This document shows positions 1-14,215 of a stretch of 64,000 bases of DNA, piece after piece (position 1 is the first letter of the stretch; each line of letters opens with the position of its first letter). The stretch comes from Chrysomallon squamiferum. Its lineage: Eukaryota; Animalia; Mollusca. Both the position numbers and the translations under genes were made by a program. The stretch lies in contig CM022677.1 in assembly GCA_012295275.1 (NCBI GenBank), positions 5,518,001 through 5,582,000 of the forward strand, given 5' to 3'. The notes under the pieces were generated by a model that searched no databases, had not been told where the DNA came from, and saw only the letters and a list, made by a program, of their open reading frames with translations.

Positions 1-24
1 GATAAAATTTATAAAATGAAATGA

Positions 25-57
<33 letters not shown>

Positions 58-85
58 TTTTTTTTTTTTTTGAATCAAAGTAAAA

Positions 86-140
<55 letters not shown>

Positions 141-682
141 ATACATCACTTGTACCAGACATATTTCTTTAACATAGAACAAAATTAATAAAAACTAGAA
201 AATGTGTATCCTTTGATGCATTTCTTATATTTCATTTTAAACGTTATTCATTTATTTTCTTTCTGTTACTAGTTATTTTATTTGATTTTACTTAATAATA
301 ATAGTAATAATAAAAAAGTAGATTGTACTACTACAGTTAGTCTCGTCTGCCTTTCACTTTCAGCCTCAGATCATCAAAATAAAAACTTTAACTAGACTTG
401 AACCGGGTTACTTACTACTAAATAAATTTAATTATTAATGCTCATGCAATAAATTAATACAAAAAAATATTCACCCAAAAATATAACTGATAAAGGAAAA
501 AAGAAAACTGAAATACCTTTTTGTGTTATAACGTAATATTAATTACAAATTGACATGATCAAGTCTAGCATTAGATTTAATTATTTATCTGGAAAAACAC
601 TTCATATAAAACTTGACAAAGTGCATAATAAATGTTAATGATGTTATTGTGCCGGTTTGTCTTTTCATTATTGTGATTATTA

Positions 683-734
<52 letters not shown>

Positions 735-1301
735 GTAAAATGGAGCAGACATTACTGAAGTTTGTCTTGCTTCACTTGACTTCATTTTCTCACAGCTTTC
801 TGATGTCAACTTTTCTGAACAGACAAAGCACACAAAACTGGTGTCTAAGAAAACTGTCATTTTTGACCCAATTCAAAGGTAAATATAATTAAGTTGTAAA
901 AAGTGCACGTTTAAAAGTTTGACCTCAGTGATTGGTAACAGAAATTAATTCTTCCTAGCTGAAGAACACAAGTTAATCAGTTAAACCACTGAGTGTATTC
1001 TTCAGTTTTGATATTTATTTACTTTTTATTTTTAAACACTTTGCTTGAACTATTTACCTTTTAAATTGAGAACTATTAATTAATTGAAATGGTTATATTT
1101 TTGTGTTGCAAGTGTTTTAATTTCAAGTATTTACTTCATCTTTCTGTTTAAATTTTTAAAATTAGTTTTTATTTCAGTTGTAGTTTTATACATTTTAATC
1201 TCAGTAATTAAACTATTTTGGGGAGATGATTTATTTTACATCGTTATTTTTATTTGTTTTTCAAGACAAATTATCTGTTGTGCAGAATCATACCTGTAAT
1301 T

Positions 1302-1484
1302 CATGTCATTACCCAGTCACTGGAATAAAACCTGAGTGTGATCTCTGGTTCAGGTCTTTTAGCTTACACATTTGTCTATTTATAGTTACATGTCAGTACC
1401 CAGTCACTGGAATAGAACCTGAGTGTGATCTCTGGTTCAGGTATTTTAGCTTACACATTTGTCTATTTATAGTTACATGTCAGT
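1302..1484 (+). repeat. 87-bp tandem duplication spanning an exon end and donor
   Basis: CATGTCA starts at 1302, 1389 and 1476. Two near-identical copies each contain TCTGGTTCAG|GT. Confidence 0.95.
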
Positions 1485-3389
1485 GCTTTGTCACACGTGT
1501 TTCACAAACAGTGTGTGCTTTCAGTTTATGAGATTGTACACTTTGTATATTTTTCAGTTTTGGCCTTAGATTTATTTATTTCTTTTTGACTAAAAAATCT
1601 GTATTAATTATATGTAAATAAACTGCCTTTAAATGCTAATTTAAGTTTTTAATTAAATATCTGTTTAACTATCTATAATACCCTTTTATGGTAAAATAAG
1701 CAATGTCAAACTGTTAATCGTAGTTTTTTAATTTTAGAGGTAATTAAGTTATGGCAAGTTTTTTGTAATAAACAGTTTTAAAATTTGGCAGTCAAGTCAA
1801 TTTTCTCTCACTCTTTGACTCTGCTGATTTCATTGACATCTGCAGGAATCTAATATTACACAGGCAGCAAGCAAAACTCAGCATTTTGACAAGCGAGCAT
1901 TTGTACAACCAGGCAGTTTCCTTTGAAAAAAACCACACAGGATAAGGGAGATAACCATGCAAACTTTGGCCTTGCTTTGGATATAGTAAGATACTTTTCT
2001 CACTTATTTTGGTGTCATCATTAAGGAGTGTAATCTGTGTTATTAACTGTTTATCATATATCCACCATTATAATAAATTACTGAGTTTGAATTTACTAAT
2101 CCCTTTCATAATTCACTAAATGGAGCACCCTAGTTATTGGCACTTTTTTAATAAAAGACAAAAACAAAACATATTATTACTATAAACAGAATTGTTATTA
2201 TTATTGATTTTGTAGTTGTTGATATTGTTATTAGTATTAATACTAAGTGTTTATTTTTCTTCCATATTTTTCAAGATAAAACAAAATCAGTTTATTTAAA
2301 TTCAAGCAAATTTACTTACACATATATAAAATTACGATATTAAATTTTTAAAATATTTTTTGTTTATAATTTATTTTAATAAATTCAGATGACTTTTGTT
2401 TTGTAATGTTTTGAATTTAAACTAAACAATAATATACCTTTTATTCGGATAAACTGTTTTGAGATAAAACATTTTATACTTTCTGTAATTAATTTTCTGT
2501 TTCATACAGTACAGGGAGTAATACAAATGTGTAATTTCCACCTAATTTATTCAATGAAGATATAAAAAAAGATAAAAATATATTTAATCTCAATTTTAAT
2601 ACTTAGAAAACATTCAGCAGTCTTTTTCAGATTGTTTTTGTAAATTTCAGATGAGATTTTTAACTTTGTGACGTGATTTTATTTCTCTCATTCTGAACTC
2701 ACTAACAAAGCAGACTCTGAAAGTTCAGTAGAGACAAATCAAGGTATTATATAATTAATTTATAGCCATACAAAACTAATGTAAATAAAGAGTAAATGTA
2801 AAGCATATCTTCAGAATAGATGTAGTTTTAGTGTCATGCTGAAATACTGTTAAATTACATTTTAAAATATTCTCTCTGTTGAATATTAAGTTATTAATAT
2901 TATTAGTCCAGAATTACAAATTTAAAACATCTTGAATTGACTCAACAAAAACAACATCCCCACCCCAACATCCCCACCCCAATAATAAAATACAAAAAAA
3001 AAAAATAATAATAATAAGAACAAAGGAATTAAAAAAGATATTATTATAATTATTATAGTTTTAACTATTTGTTTATTTTTAACTGACTATTTGAGTTTGA
3101 ATTGTTATATGTTTCAAAGTTAATCTATGAAACTGACTGCAGTCTATTTTGTACTCAGCTCATCATCAGAATATACATTTCTTTCTTGGGGATCAACCAA
3201 CCAGTAACACAGTCTTGTAACATGTTTTCATATCAGTTTTTAATTTATTTTTTTTAATCAAAATGTTATAAAGGTTAAATATTACTTTTATGTTTATATG
3301 TAGGTGTCCCAAAAGATGTGTAGTACAAATTAGTGTTGCCAATGGTGACAAAACAAAACTAGATGGCTGATTCTGATTACAACATGCAT

Positions 3390-4460
3390 GTCATTCTATT
3401 TCATCCTACACATGTTTAACTGGTGAGAAGTCAATGTTCTGTTGTCTTAACAAGTCTGTTACAACACGTGCAGGAAGTGAGTGGGTGATTTCCCTTCTGT
3501 AATACATTGTTATGACATGCAGTAGAGCAAAGGGTAGGATATAAAGTCGAACAATGTCATCTCGGTTTAATTGCCATTAATAATGGGTCTGTCCATGATA
3601 TGTGATAACACCCTAAACCATCATACTTCCACCTCCAAACAGATGTTGCTGAATATCACAGATGTTTACAAAACATTTCCCTTGTCATTTATAAACCATC
3701 GCACTTCCACCTCCAAACAGATGTTGCTGAATATCACAGATGTTTACAAAACATTTCCCTTGTCATCTTTAAACCATTGCACATCCATCAGAGCCGTCCA
3801 GGTGAAATCTCGACTCATCTATGAACAGTCTTAGCACCTCAACCTTAGATGTTGACACCACGATATGCAAGGCTGCCGATGATGTGGAAGTAGAAGTGGG
3901 CGGATGTTGTGTTCCTGTAACCGTGCAGTCCTGGCACTAACTGGCCTCAACCTTGGAATGGTTCAAGCTGATAAACTGTCAGTTTGGAACTGATTTCATA
4001 AATGAACCAACCAAATATGGTTATCTCGTTGATGTGACGCCACACACTGGTGTTGCCTTGTTGTTGATAACATCTCCATAAAGAGTTTATTATGTTTGAT
4101 GTACATCAAAACAGCAAGCAGCTTCGTTTTGCTCAATTCGTGCTCGCAGCATACCAACAGCACAAAGACGTCAGATTTTAGATCTGTTAAACAGATGTGT
4201 TTTTCAGAGTGGCAAATGGTTAGGTAACCGTTGTACGTTTTTACATTTGAAAAGAAAAACAAGTCTGAGTATCAAGTGGCCATAAAGCAGGCAAAAACAC
4301 AAAAAGCATGAAATGCATGTGTGAGGAGTGAACTATGAGTTAACTATTGAAGATACTGCTTTCATGAATATGTGTTAATTTTTCATTGCATTAATTTTGG
4401 AAAATATGCACTTGTATGAAACGTTATAACATGTACAATTACTTTTTTCCGTTAATACAT
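3390..4460 (-). mobile_element. Degenerate Tc1-family (DD34E) transposon remnant
   Basis: Minus-strand translation gives, in order, RDNHIWLVHL*NQFQT..IPRLRPVSART..RLQEHNIRP, LFIDESRFHLDGSDG, FGGGSMMV*GVITYHG, RDDIVRLYILPF, ARVVTDLLRQQNID and SPVKHV*DEI. These match the Tc1 motifs FSDESRF, GGGSVMVWG and SPIEHVW. Stops and deletions are present. Element ends are approximate. Confidence 0.9.
3614..3783. repeat. 78-bp tandem duplication inside the Tc1 remnant
   Basis: TAAACCAT starts at 3614, 3692 and 3770. Confidence 0.95.
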
Positions 4461-4732
4461 TTTATTCTGATATATTTATTAAATACTAAAGTAAATAGTC
4501 TGTTTAAAAATGGATAGCAATGTATCTAATATATCTGTGTGTGTGTGTGTGTGTGTGCTATTTTTAACTAATTAAGTATAACATATTTTCAGTTTGCTCA
4601 TGCATAAACCGCTTTTTTTGTGAAATGACATATTTTGTATTTTTATACACTTTGTTTTGTAAATTGTTTTTCATTGTTAAAGAACAAAATATATCCCATT
4701 TTGCAGTTTTTAATTACATTGCACACATGCAT

Positions 4733-4775
<43 letters not shown>

Positions 4776-7489
4776 TACATATACACAACTCTTAACTATA
4801 GTGTATTCTTAGAGTCAGGTTTAAGTTCAGTGTCTTTAACAAATACATTGTAGTACAGCTTGTCTAGAAGGCCAAGCGGTTGTCTGTCTTTGCAGTGCGG
4901 GCAAATGGGTGTCATGTGCTCAAGTCTCATCAGTGAAGTCTGACGTGTTTGTGAGGCTGTGATTCGACTTTTTCCTCCTGTGCCATTGCGTCCTTTCATA
5001 TTGTCTGTGTGCAGAGTCTAATGACATGTACATAAGACAGAGAATATTCCATATCCTAAAATACATATACACAACCCACACTTGTATTTAGAGAAAGTGT
5101 CAAAACTCGACATAGTCTAATATCAATTGTATGAACAGAAATATGACAGTGTTTTCAGAAAACAATTTGATACCTTGAACTTATTTCATCAAATGTACGT
5201 CACTTAGCTGTTCACTTTATAGTTAAGTGATAAATGATATCACCAATAGCTTGTTCTCCTAGTCATCTCTAGATGTGCTGAACACATTAAGCTCAAAAGC
5301 TGATACTAAGAATACACAGTTGATTTTTTATTTTGGTTTACATTATTTTGTTACCATTGCTAGTTCATAGATAATGAAATGAAGTTATAATTCATATTTT
5401 TGTTTTGTCCAGACACCTAATATAAGTCAGTACACTTTTAAAAAAAAAAAAAATTTTAATTTGCTTTTATGTTTTGTTTCTGTTTTCTAAATCTAGGGTC
5501 TATGTGATTGACACCGAAGTCAGTCCAGGTTAGTGATGATTTCAGGACACAACCATTGTGACCTTTGACCCAAGATTATCACAGACAACAAGTCACATGA
5601 GAAGTTATTTAATACTTATAGACACAATGCACAGGTATTTGTGTGTGTATGTCAAATTTGTGTATTAACACGGGTTTCATTGTCATCTGCAGGCATTAAT
5701 TTGTTAAGCAATTAAGACACATGCAAATTAATCAACTGTCACTCATTTATATGATCTCAATTTTTACCGTTTCTAATTTCCTGTTTTTCAAATTTAATTT
5801 ATATTTATATATACTTTTTTTTTCTTTTTTTTCAGGCTGTAAGGAGGTAAATTAAATTATACTATAAACATGTATGATGAGAAAATCGAGACCCTTCAAC
5901 CACCAGTGACATGAGATAAATGTATTATATAATGTTATATAGTCACATACCACAGTGACACATAGTGTTGTCTGTATGATGTCAGACGAAGCATGTAAAG
6001 TGCTTTTTTATATGATTATTTTCTTTCCTATTACATTCTGTGAACTGCACAACACATCTGTATCTCTGATAGTGTGACATTTTGAAACGACAGAAATAGT
6101 AATGTTTAAAACACACTTTAACAAATGAACTGTATTCTCTCTTTTATGAAATCCTTGGTTACATAATTTGTCTGTTACTAATTGTATTATGCTTTTGATT
6201 TTTGATATCTCATTTTAAGTAGATATTCTTTAAGGTGTTTGTGTAAAGCTGTAATATTTCTTTGGTGGTTTTGATTTTAGCTCTTTTACCATTTTTGAGT
6301 ATTAGTCTAGATGTAACCATAATATTTTTTTTGTTATTGAGATACAGTGTTAAGAAAAGACTGTAAATGAATTTTGTAAATGTCTGTTTATGATTCTAAA
6401 ATCATTTGGTTTGTGTTTGCAAAATGTTATAGGGAATATTTAATTTGTATGACTGTGGACTTTATGATTAAAATGTCAAGGCGGAGGTTGTATGTATGAT
6501 TCAGGAATCAAATCTGGATAAATGTATGACTGAAAAATCAAGTTTATGAATAAATATAGAATCGTCAAACTGATTTTGTTGTATATAGAATGATGGTTTA
6601 TTTTTTTGTAATTGTTTTTTTTTTTTTTTTTTTTTTTTTCAATTTAATGACCACAAAGGAAAATATTACTTTATGATCCAGTTGTGATGTTTGTAATCTT
6701 TATTTTTTATATTGAAATCCCATCTACATTTTGTTCAACATTGTGTAGTTTGAAATTTATAATGTAGCTTATGTGAAACTTGCTTTAGTTTTATCTAATA
6801 CTTCAGAAGTTTATAAACTGTTAAAGACAAAAGAACAGAATGTCAAGAATGAATGTATTTTTATTTTATTTTTGTCTGAATATGGTCAGATCAGTGTCTG
6901 TAATTAAATAATGTAATTTTATTTATTTTAATTATTGTTTGTTTTATTGTCATGTAAAAGAATATCTGTTCATATTTATTCATCTAGCTATTTATCTGTG
7001 TGTGTGTGTGTGTGAATCTTTGTACCAGTGATTATGCATCAGAGTCTAGAGTTGATGTGTCCACCAGACAAAATGTGAAATGAGTTGCTGTTCATACTTG
7101 TAACAAAGACTTTTCTTTTTATTTGGTTTTCCTGTGACAGGTAATTGTGTACAAACATTTGAAATGGGAGGTGATTACAAATGTTTATTTTAACTTTGTT
7201 TTCTCCTTTAAAATAAATATTTTAGAATTTGTTTTACATTTTAAGCTAGAGTCACAAATTGCTGAGGTTAAGTGGAGGGGAACAATGGTTAATACAATCA
7301 GTGTTTAGATGTTATTACAGACATTTCACTAGATGTTAGTCTTGTCTGAGGATCAGCTCAGGTTAACAAATCATATTTGAATGATGTAATATTTATATAG
7401 ATTTATAATAATTCCTGGTTATCTATAGGAAAGTATTGGATATCAATTTTAGAAATTAGCACACGAAAAACAGTTGTTGTTCTCCATTC

Positions 7490-7687
<198 letters not shown>

Positions 7688-7719
7688 ATCTCTCAATAAA
7701 ATAAACTATAATTATAATT

Positions 7720-8340
7720 CAAGGTGAGGATTGGTTCAGAGTATGTTTAAAGTTAGGACAATGTTAGATTCGGTATTAATTAATTCATTACATTTAAGAT
7801 TATGGTTAGGATTAACTCTATTTAAAGATACTTTAATTCAGTACGTCTTTCATTTAGAACATATTCTGTATCAAGGCTAGGATTAAATTAAAATAATTTT
7901 TGTTCTCAAACAATTTAATATATATACAAATGGTAAATTACTACCATAGCTATTTAATAGATCTAAAGAAATTATCCAATTTTAATTCAATAAATGTATA
8001 TGAAAGTATTCATTTTAGACTTTTAGATGTTTTGATAAATTAGGTTAGAATTACGGTTAGATTTGAAATGAACTTTTGCTGAATTTTATATATATTTATT
8101 TATTTAACAATATTTAATTTATTATTATTAGAACAGGGTCAGGATTTGGTAACAGATATGAAATAAACTTTTTATGATTAATAAATATTTCATTGTTATA
8201 AATAGCTTTTGTATTACGGTTACAGTTAGGGTTAAAATCAGGATTTGATTTAAAATTAGATTTATCTTAATAAAAGTTACCTTTCAGATTTAATACATTT
8301 TTCAGTTAAGATGTTATAAATGTTTAGCATTATAGTAGTT
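7720..8340 (+). repeat. Highly degenerate GGTTAG/TTAGGG-rich tract (also 9480-9530)
   Basis: Scattered ggttaggatt, ggttagaattacggttagattt, gttagggttaaaatcagg and gttaggattagggtt, all on one strand. Confidence 0.5.
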
Positions 8341-8929
8341 GGGACCTTTAGTTGTTGTGGGGGGGGTTTGTTGTTTTTTTCTGTTGTAAAACTGCATCAA
8401 GCGTTATAATGAATATCAAGCAATCATTCAAATAACACATGATCAATTTCCTTTTAACATGTAATACCACCTTTAATGCATTGAAAATGGAAATAAGTAT
8501 CTAAAAAAAAATGGAATTATCATGGTTTCAAGTATCGTTTTAGAACTACGTACTCAGAACTGTCCGCTATGGAGTTTTAGCAGAGTAACGTGTCCACATT
8601 ATGTGCCTAATGAAAATAGTCATCTTCATATTCATGCGCCATTGTCTGGGAACAAAATTTATTTTATTTTATTTTTTTATTTTTTTATTTTTTTGGCTGG
8701 CAGTATCGTAATAATATCTGAAAAAAAATATATAGTACGAAATTTGTACCAGATGATTGAACGTCAAAGTTAACCCCGAAAAAGAAAGAAAAAGAAAAGA
8801 AAAAAGAAATGTTTTCGACTTTTCCCGCAATTTCTACTCAATAACAGACATCTATGTATACGAGACATTGATTAAATGACATGTTTCCCCAAATTACTCT
8901 TAATAGTGCGTGTAGATTTGATTGAATTA

Positions 8930-9140
8930 CGAAGGCATACGTATTTAAAAGTTTGTAAAAACTAATCAACATTCGACGCTGCCATCTTGGATTTCGATCG
9001 GAAGTTTCCGTGAGCTTACGGAAATTCTTAAACTTCAAAATTCAGTTATTTTTCGTCTGTTTTCTGAACTTTTTATGATTTACACTGATAAAGATAAGGA
9101 TGGTGTCGCGCGCCTTTCCATCTACTCTTTCATCTTAATC
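8930..9140. promoter_or_regulatory. CpG-enriched promoter-like patch
   Basis: CpG-dense compared with the flanks. Contains GCCATCTT (YY1-like), CGGAAG (ETS-like) and a small hairpin at 9005-9024. Confidence 0.3.
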
Positions 9141-9783
9141 AAACTTTTCAAACAGGATCATTTTTGTTCAAATGCGAGCATAATAAACTGAAATTATAAT
9201 TCATTAAAAGACTAATGTATTAACTTGTGTAGCTGTCAGTGCTTCCCCTGTCAGAACACAGCAGAAAAGAACTTTTTATTGGCAATGGTACAGTTTACAA
9301 AACATGATTTACAAAATATAAATACAAGGAACAAAAACAAAAAATACGCCCAGCATGCAGGGTAAGAACATTTAGGTGACGTTTGTACCCATTAAATCGA
9401 CGAAATGTCTGGAGGCTTTTTTCCGTGACGTAATTTGTGCCGTTACGAGTTATCGTTCCTGTTGGTGCATGTTAATTATAGTTACGGTAGAGTTAGGATT
9501 AGGGTTGTGTAAAAGGTTTGGTTAAAAATAGAATTTATGTTAATAAATATTTTATTAAACAATTTATTAGTTGAATAATCTAAATATAGACAGTTTGTTT
9601 CTATGCGTGAATGAGAGCGTGCACACAAGACAGGTATGATGCAAACGTTTTAAGTGTCACGTTTATTAAAAGTAATACAATATCACAAATACACGCAAAC
9701 TAGAAGTATAATTGTAAATTTAGTACATTTGATTATTTTAATAACTGTGATTAATCTACTCTCTCTATCTCTCTCTGTCTCTG

Positions 9784-9837
<54 letters not shown>

Positions 9838-10229
9838 ATACACCTACATATACATGCGCAAACGTGTGTCTGTGTGAAACAAGTCTGATTGAGTAAAATT
9901 ATTATCTTCTGTCAATATAACTAAATTGATATTAATTATTATATGAAATGTGTTGATAATGTGCCGCTGATTCGCCCTCTGTTTATCTACAGCTTTGTCA
10001 GTAAATTTACAGAGAAGTGGACTGAATTTTATGTTAGCTTATTTAATAGTTTACAAAAATAAACTTAACTTATTTTAACAGATGTTGCCGCTACTTTCAT
10101 AGCTATATATATATATATATTTTCTATTCTATGTATATATGTATTTGTTATTTCGAAGTTTAGTTTCCTGAGGAAGATACATAAACACATATTTTTTTTT
10201 CAAAGGAAAAGGTTGAAGAGACAAAGTTA

Positions 10230-10380
10230 AATCTGCCACGTTTGTTCAGTTAACCTCTAAACAAAAGAAAAAAGTCTTCAATATGGCGACTGTGAGGAGA
10301 CAAAGATGACGTCATTGACGAACAAAGAAATGCTTTCTTTCTTCTTCATTTACCACGTCACCGCATCAACGAATTGGAAT
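10230..10380. promoter_or_regulatory. CpG-enriched promoter-like patch (mirror copy at 40430-40570)
   Basis: Contains AATATGGCG (YY1-like), TGACGTCA (CRE) and CCACGTCA. Confidence 0.3.
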
Positions 10381-11122
10381 TTTTTTCAAATAATATTTTG
10401 TTTGTTTACTGAAGCGAAACTTACTATGTTGTTTGTTTGCACGTGTCAATAATAAAAACGTTACAAGTGTTTTATAATGACAGACTTATTCAGGAGTACT
10501 ATAAAGAATTCACTCCACACCCAAAGATGATGAAAATCATGTTAAATAAAGAAAGTACATTACAGTTAAACAAATACAGCACACACGTACACTTAAACTG
10601 TCACCTTTCTTCAAACTTTATGTCAGTATTAAACTAATTTCCCCATCTAACATATTATGATATGAATTTAATCTTTTTTTTAAATCTAGTAGTCGACAGT
10701 AAGTACAAATATTAACATTTGTGAATGTAATTTATGAAATATTTACTTATCGCTCAGTCCATGTAAACACTAACACAGAAATAATAAAATATATAGACCC
10801 TTTTCATCTAAGAAAAGAAACAGAAAAACATTTTTTGTTTATGTGTGTGTGACAAATCTCAATGAATAAAAGCTATTATTTTCTGTGAATATATATTATT
10901 AATTAATTATTAGTTAATTAATTATTATTGTTATTATTATTGGTTATTGTTGTTGCTGTTAGTAGTACTAGTTGTAGTAATAGTAGTAGTAGTATTATCA
11001 TTATTAATTAATTAATTAATATATTTTTAAATGTGAATAATAATCTTGCTGGAATCACGTCTTTCTTGGTTATCATTCACCACCACGAATAACGTACATG
11101 TTGTACTCGAGAGAAAATGCGC

Positions 11123-11365
11123 GCACACACACACACCCACACAGACACACCCACACACACTCACACCCACACATACAGACACACACACACAGACACACCC
11201 ACACACAGACACACACAAACACAGACACACCCACACAGACACACACACACTCACACCCACACATACAGACTCACACACACGGACACACACACACACAGAC
11301 ACACACAAACACAGACTCACACACACACACTCACAGACACACACACACACAGACACACCCCCACA
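11123..11365. repeat. Compound (CA)n microsatellite (mirror at 39522-39660)
   Basis: Seen directly. Confidence 0.95.
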
Positions 11366-11629
11366 CTGGAAACAATAAATCCTGTCTGAAATTGAACGAC
11401 TAACTGGATGATATTGTAATATAGCTGTAATCATTACATTGTAATATATATGTAACTAGTCATAAAACACGTGTACTACTATTGCTATGAAAACGGAATA
11501 TATGTACGTCATCTCAGTTACATGTTTTCTTTACTTTTATTGTAATTTTGGTGACATGGCTCGGACCTCGCCTTTGAGAGACAAAGCGGCTTCACCAGTA
11601 GACTGATTATTCCATTTCTGCTGTAAAAT

Positions 11630-11696
11630 TGTAAATAATTTTGATACTTTTATAATATTTAAACAGTGTATTGACATCTGTCTATCAGTTTATTTA

Positions 11697-11750
<54 letters not shown>

Positions 11751-12090
11751 CTCTATGCTTTATTTATTTGCCTCCTTATAATAGTTTTTATTTTAATCCT
11801 AAAGACAGTCAAGTTCTCGTTGATCAGTTCCCAAATCATGAATGTTATTGCGTTGCTAAGGAACCCAAATAAATCCAACGCAGTAAGAAGACATTTTGGA
11901 TAAACAATGTACGCATATATAAACAAAAAAAGAACACAATAGAAATATGGCTTTAAGAGCCATGACTTTAACAGACACAGCATGTAACTTAGTATTTAAT
12001 ATAACAATACTCAGACAGACAGAGATATAAATAAACTCATAGATGTGAATAAACTATTTAAATATTATAAAAGTATCAAAATGATTTACA
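11630..12090. mobile_element. Foldback or MITE-like segment with approximately 65-70-bp imperfect inverted ends
   Basis: 11630-11700 (tgtaaataattttgatacttttataatatttaaacag...) is the reverse complement of 12025-12090. No clear target-site duplication. Confidence 0.5.
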
Positions 12091-13708
12091 TTTGTTTTTA
12101 AAATAGCAAATTAATATTAATATACATGTGTACATTTGCAGGGAAATCCACAGAAAGATCTTTGTTGAACATAAACCAGGTATAGAATACAGAAATCAGT
12201 CCAGACCTGTTTTCCTTAACCCAGTGATAATGTTAAAACATACTTACATCTATCTATCAGTGTAACTATTATTTGTATCACTATCTCCACAATTACATCT
12301 ATTACTTCTACAATTATTTCAAAACTATGTAAATAAAAAATGTCTCCACTCTTATGAAATTGTTTCCCAAGCTGATGAAACTGCTAGCCAAAAATATGTA
12401 ATAAACAACAGAAAACACAATAATCCTAAATTAGAAAAAAAAAAAAAAAAAAAAAAAAACATGGTATAAAATGTTTCATAAGCCTTTGAAGAGCTGAGTG
12501 CTATAAAACACAAAAATACCAAGATTTCTGTTTTGTTAATAAAAATATATTAACAAAATAAAATAACAATATGAAGACATTTGGTTACAAAACAATTTTT
12601 TTAAATTAAGAAACAACTATAATGTGATAATGTGATCTGCAAATTATTCATTAAGAAAATTTCTTAATAATATATAAACAACGTATCATCTTCCACTTTA
12701 TGTTTTATTAACAAACTTTGTTTTTTTTCTTTTTAATCTTTAACAGAAATTTTCATATTCTTTGTTATTTTATATTTGGATTATGTGATTAAGTTGATTA
12801 TTCTTTAAAATAAAAATAAATCAATAAATAAATATATAAATAAAATTATCTCCCTTGAGCCGTAAGATTTGCAGCAGTTAAAGATTTCTAGATTTAGCCC
12901 TTTTTTTTTTTTAAATATTTTTTTTTCACAGACTTGACTGTACTTGGTGCTGTGTCTGGTACAAACATTCTGTGTACTGTCTACATCTGATTATATCTTT
13001 CATCAACAACACAGTGACTTTGAATCTAAATTCAGTGTCACAATGTTACAGATTCTTCAATAAGAACAGTCCATGATTCACACTAGTAATGTTTTTAATA
13101 TGTTATTTTGGTGTGAAACTTTCTAAAAGCTTTCAATTTTATCCAAGAATTCAGTTCTTCATATTTGTTGTTGAGATGTTTCATTTTCTTAGTTCAGGGT
13201 GATCAGAAAACTTGAAGAACTTGGAGGGGAAATTGAGAAGTGATTTTAGAATCAGAGGACATCACTTCTCACATGTTTTCTTTCATTCTCAAACCAAGCT
13301 CATCATAAAAGAACCTGCAGAAAATTTAAAAAATGTAAAAGTTGTAATTAAAAGAAAATAATATTCTGAGTTGTACCAACAATATTAATGTGGATTATAC
13401 AATTTTACATGTAAAATAAAGATTAGATATGATTCAAATGGGTTGTGACTTAATTATTTGACATTTTTCTAGTCAGCATGTCTAGTTTATCCGGTAAAGT
13501 AATAAAAACAAAACAAAAATGTATCATTAATAATCCTTTCATTCACTGGAAACAAAAGCAAATAATTATTTAAATGTTAGCTAAAGTATTGACAGGGGAC
13601 ATCGGACCTTAACACACAAGTTTGAATAAATCAAGTCTGAAGTATAGATGAAATAATTCTACAAAGTATCATTCACTTTCTTGATATTAATGTACTAAGT
13701 TAACATTT

Positions 13709-14215
13709 AAAATGTTAACATGACTGTATGTGTGTATTTCAGTTACTAAATCTAAATGTTAACATGACTGTATGTGTGTATTTCAGTTACTAAATCTAAA
13801 TGTTAACATACTGTATGTGTGTATTTCAGTTAAATCATGACTGCATGTGTGTATGTGTGTATTTCAGTTACTAAATAAATCTAAATGTTAACATACTGTA
13901 TGTGTGTATTTCAGTTACTAAATCTAAATGTTAACATGACTGTATATGTGTAATGTTAACATTTGTGTGTATTTCAGTTACTAAATCTAAATGTTAACAT
14001 GACTGTATGTGTGTATTTCAGTTACTAAATCTAAATGTTAACATGACTGTATGTGTGTATTTCAGTTACTAAATCTAAATGTTAACATGACTGTATGTGT
14101 GTATTTCAGTTACTAAATCTAAATGTTAACATGACTGTATGTGTGTATTTCAGTTACTAAATCTAAATGTTAACATGACTGTATGTGTGTATTTCAGTTA
14201 CTAAATCTAAATGTA
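13709..14215 (-). repeat. 44-bp minisatellite, about 11 copies
   Basis: Unit aaatgttaacatgactgtatgtgtgtatttcagttactaaatct. Mirror of 36055-37160. Confidence 0.97.

Larger units (their letters stand above)
796..6560 (+). ncRNA. Putative multi-exon non-coding or pseudogenic unit A (5' end may lie upstream)
   Basis: GC-richer blocks bounded by pyrimidine-tract AG and GT donors: 796-878, 1266-1440, 1846-1985, 2651-2743, 5497-5634, and a terminal block from 5836 with AATAAA near 6549. No continuous ORF. Intron 2744-2880 is similar to 48739-48870 in unit C. Confidence 0.4.

Noticed and set aside
924-938. 15-nt exact match (CTCAGTGATTGGTAA) to the terminal satellite unit
   Set aside because: It has no convincing flanking alignment and cannot be separated from chance in AT-rich DNA.
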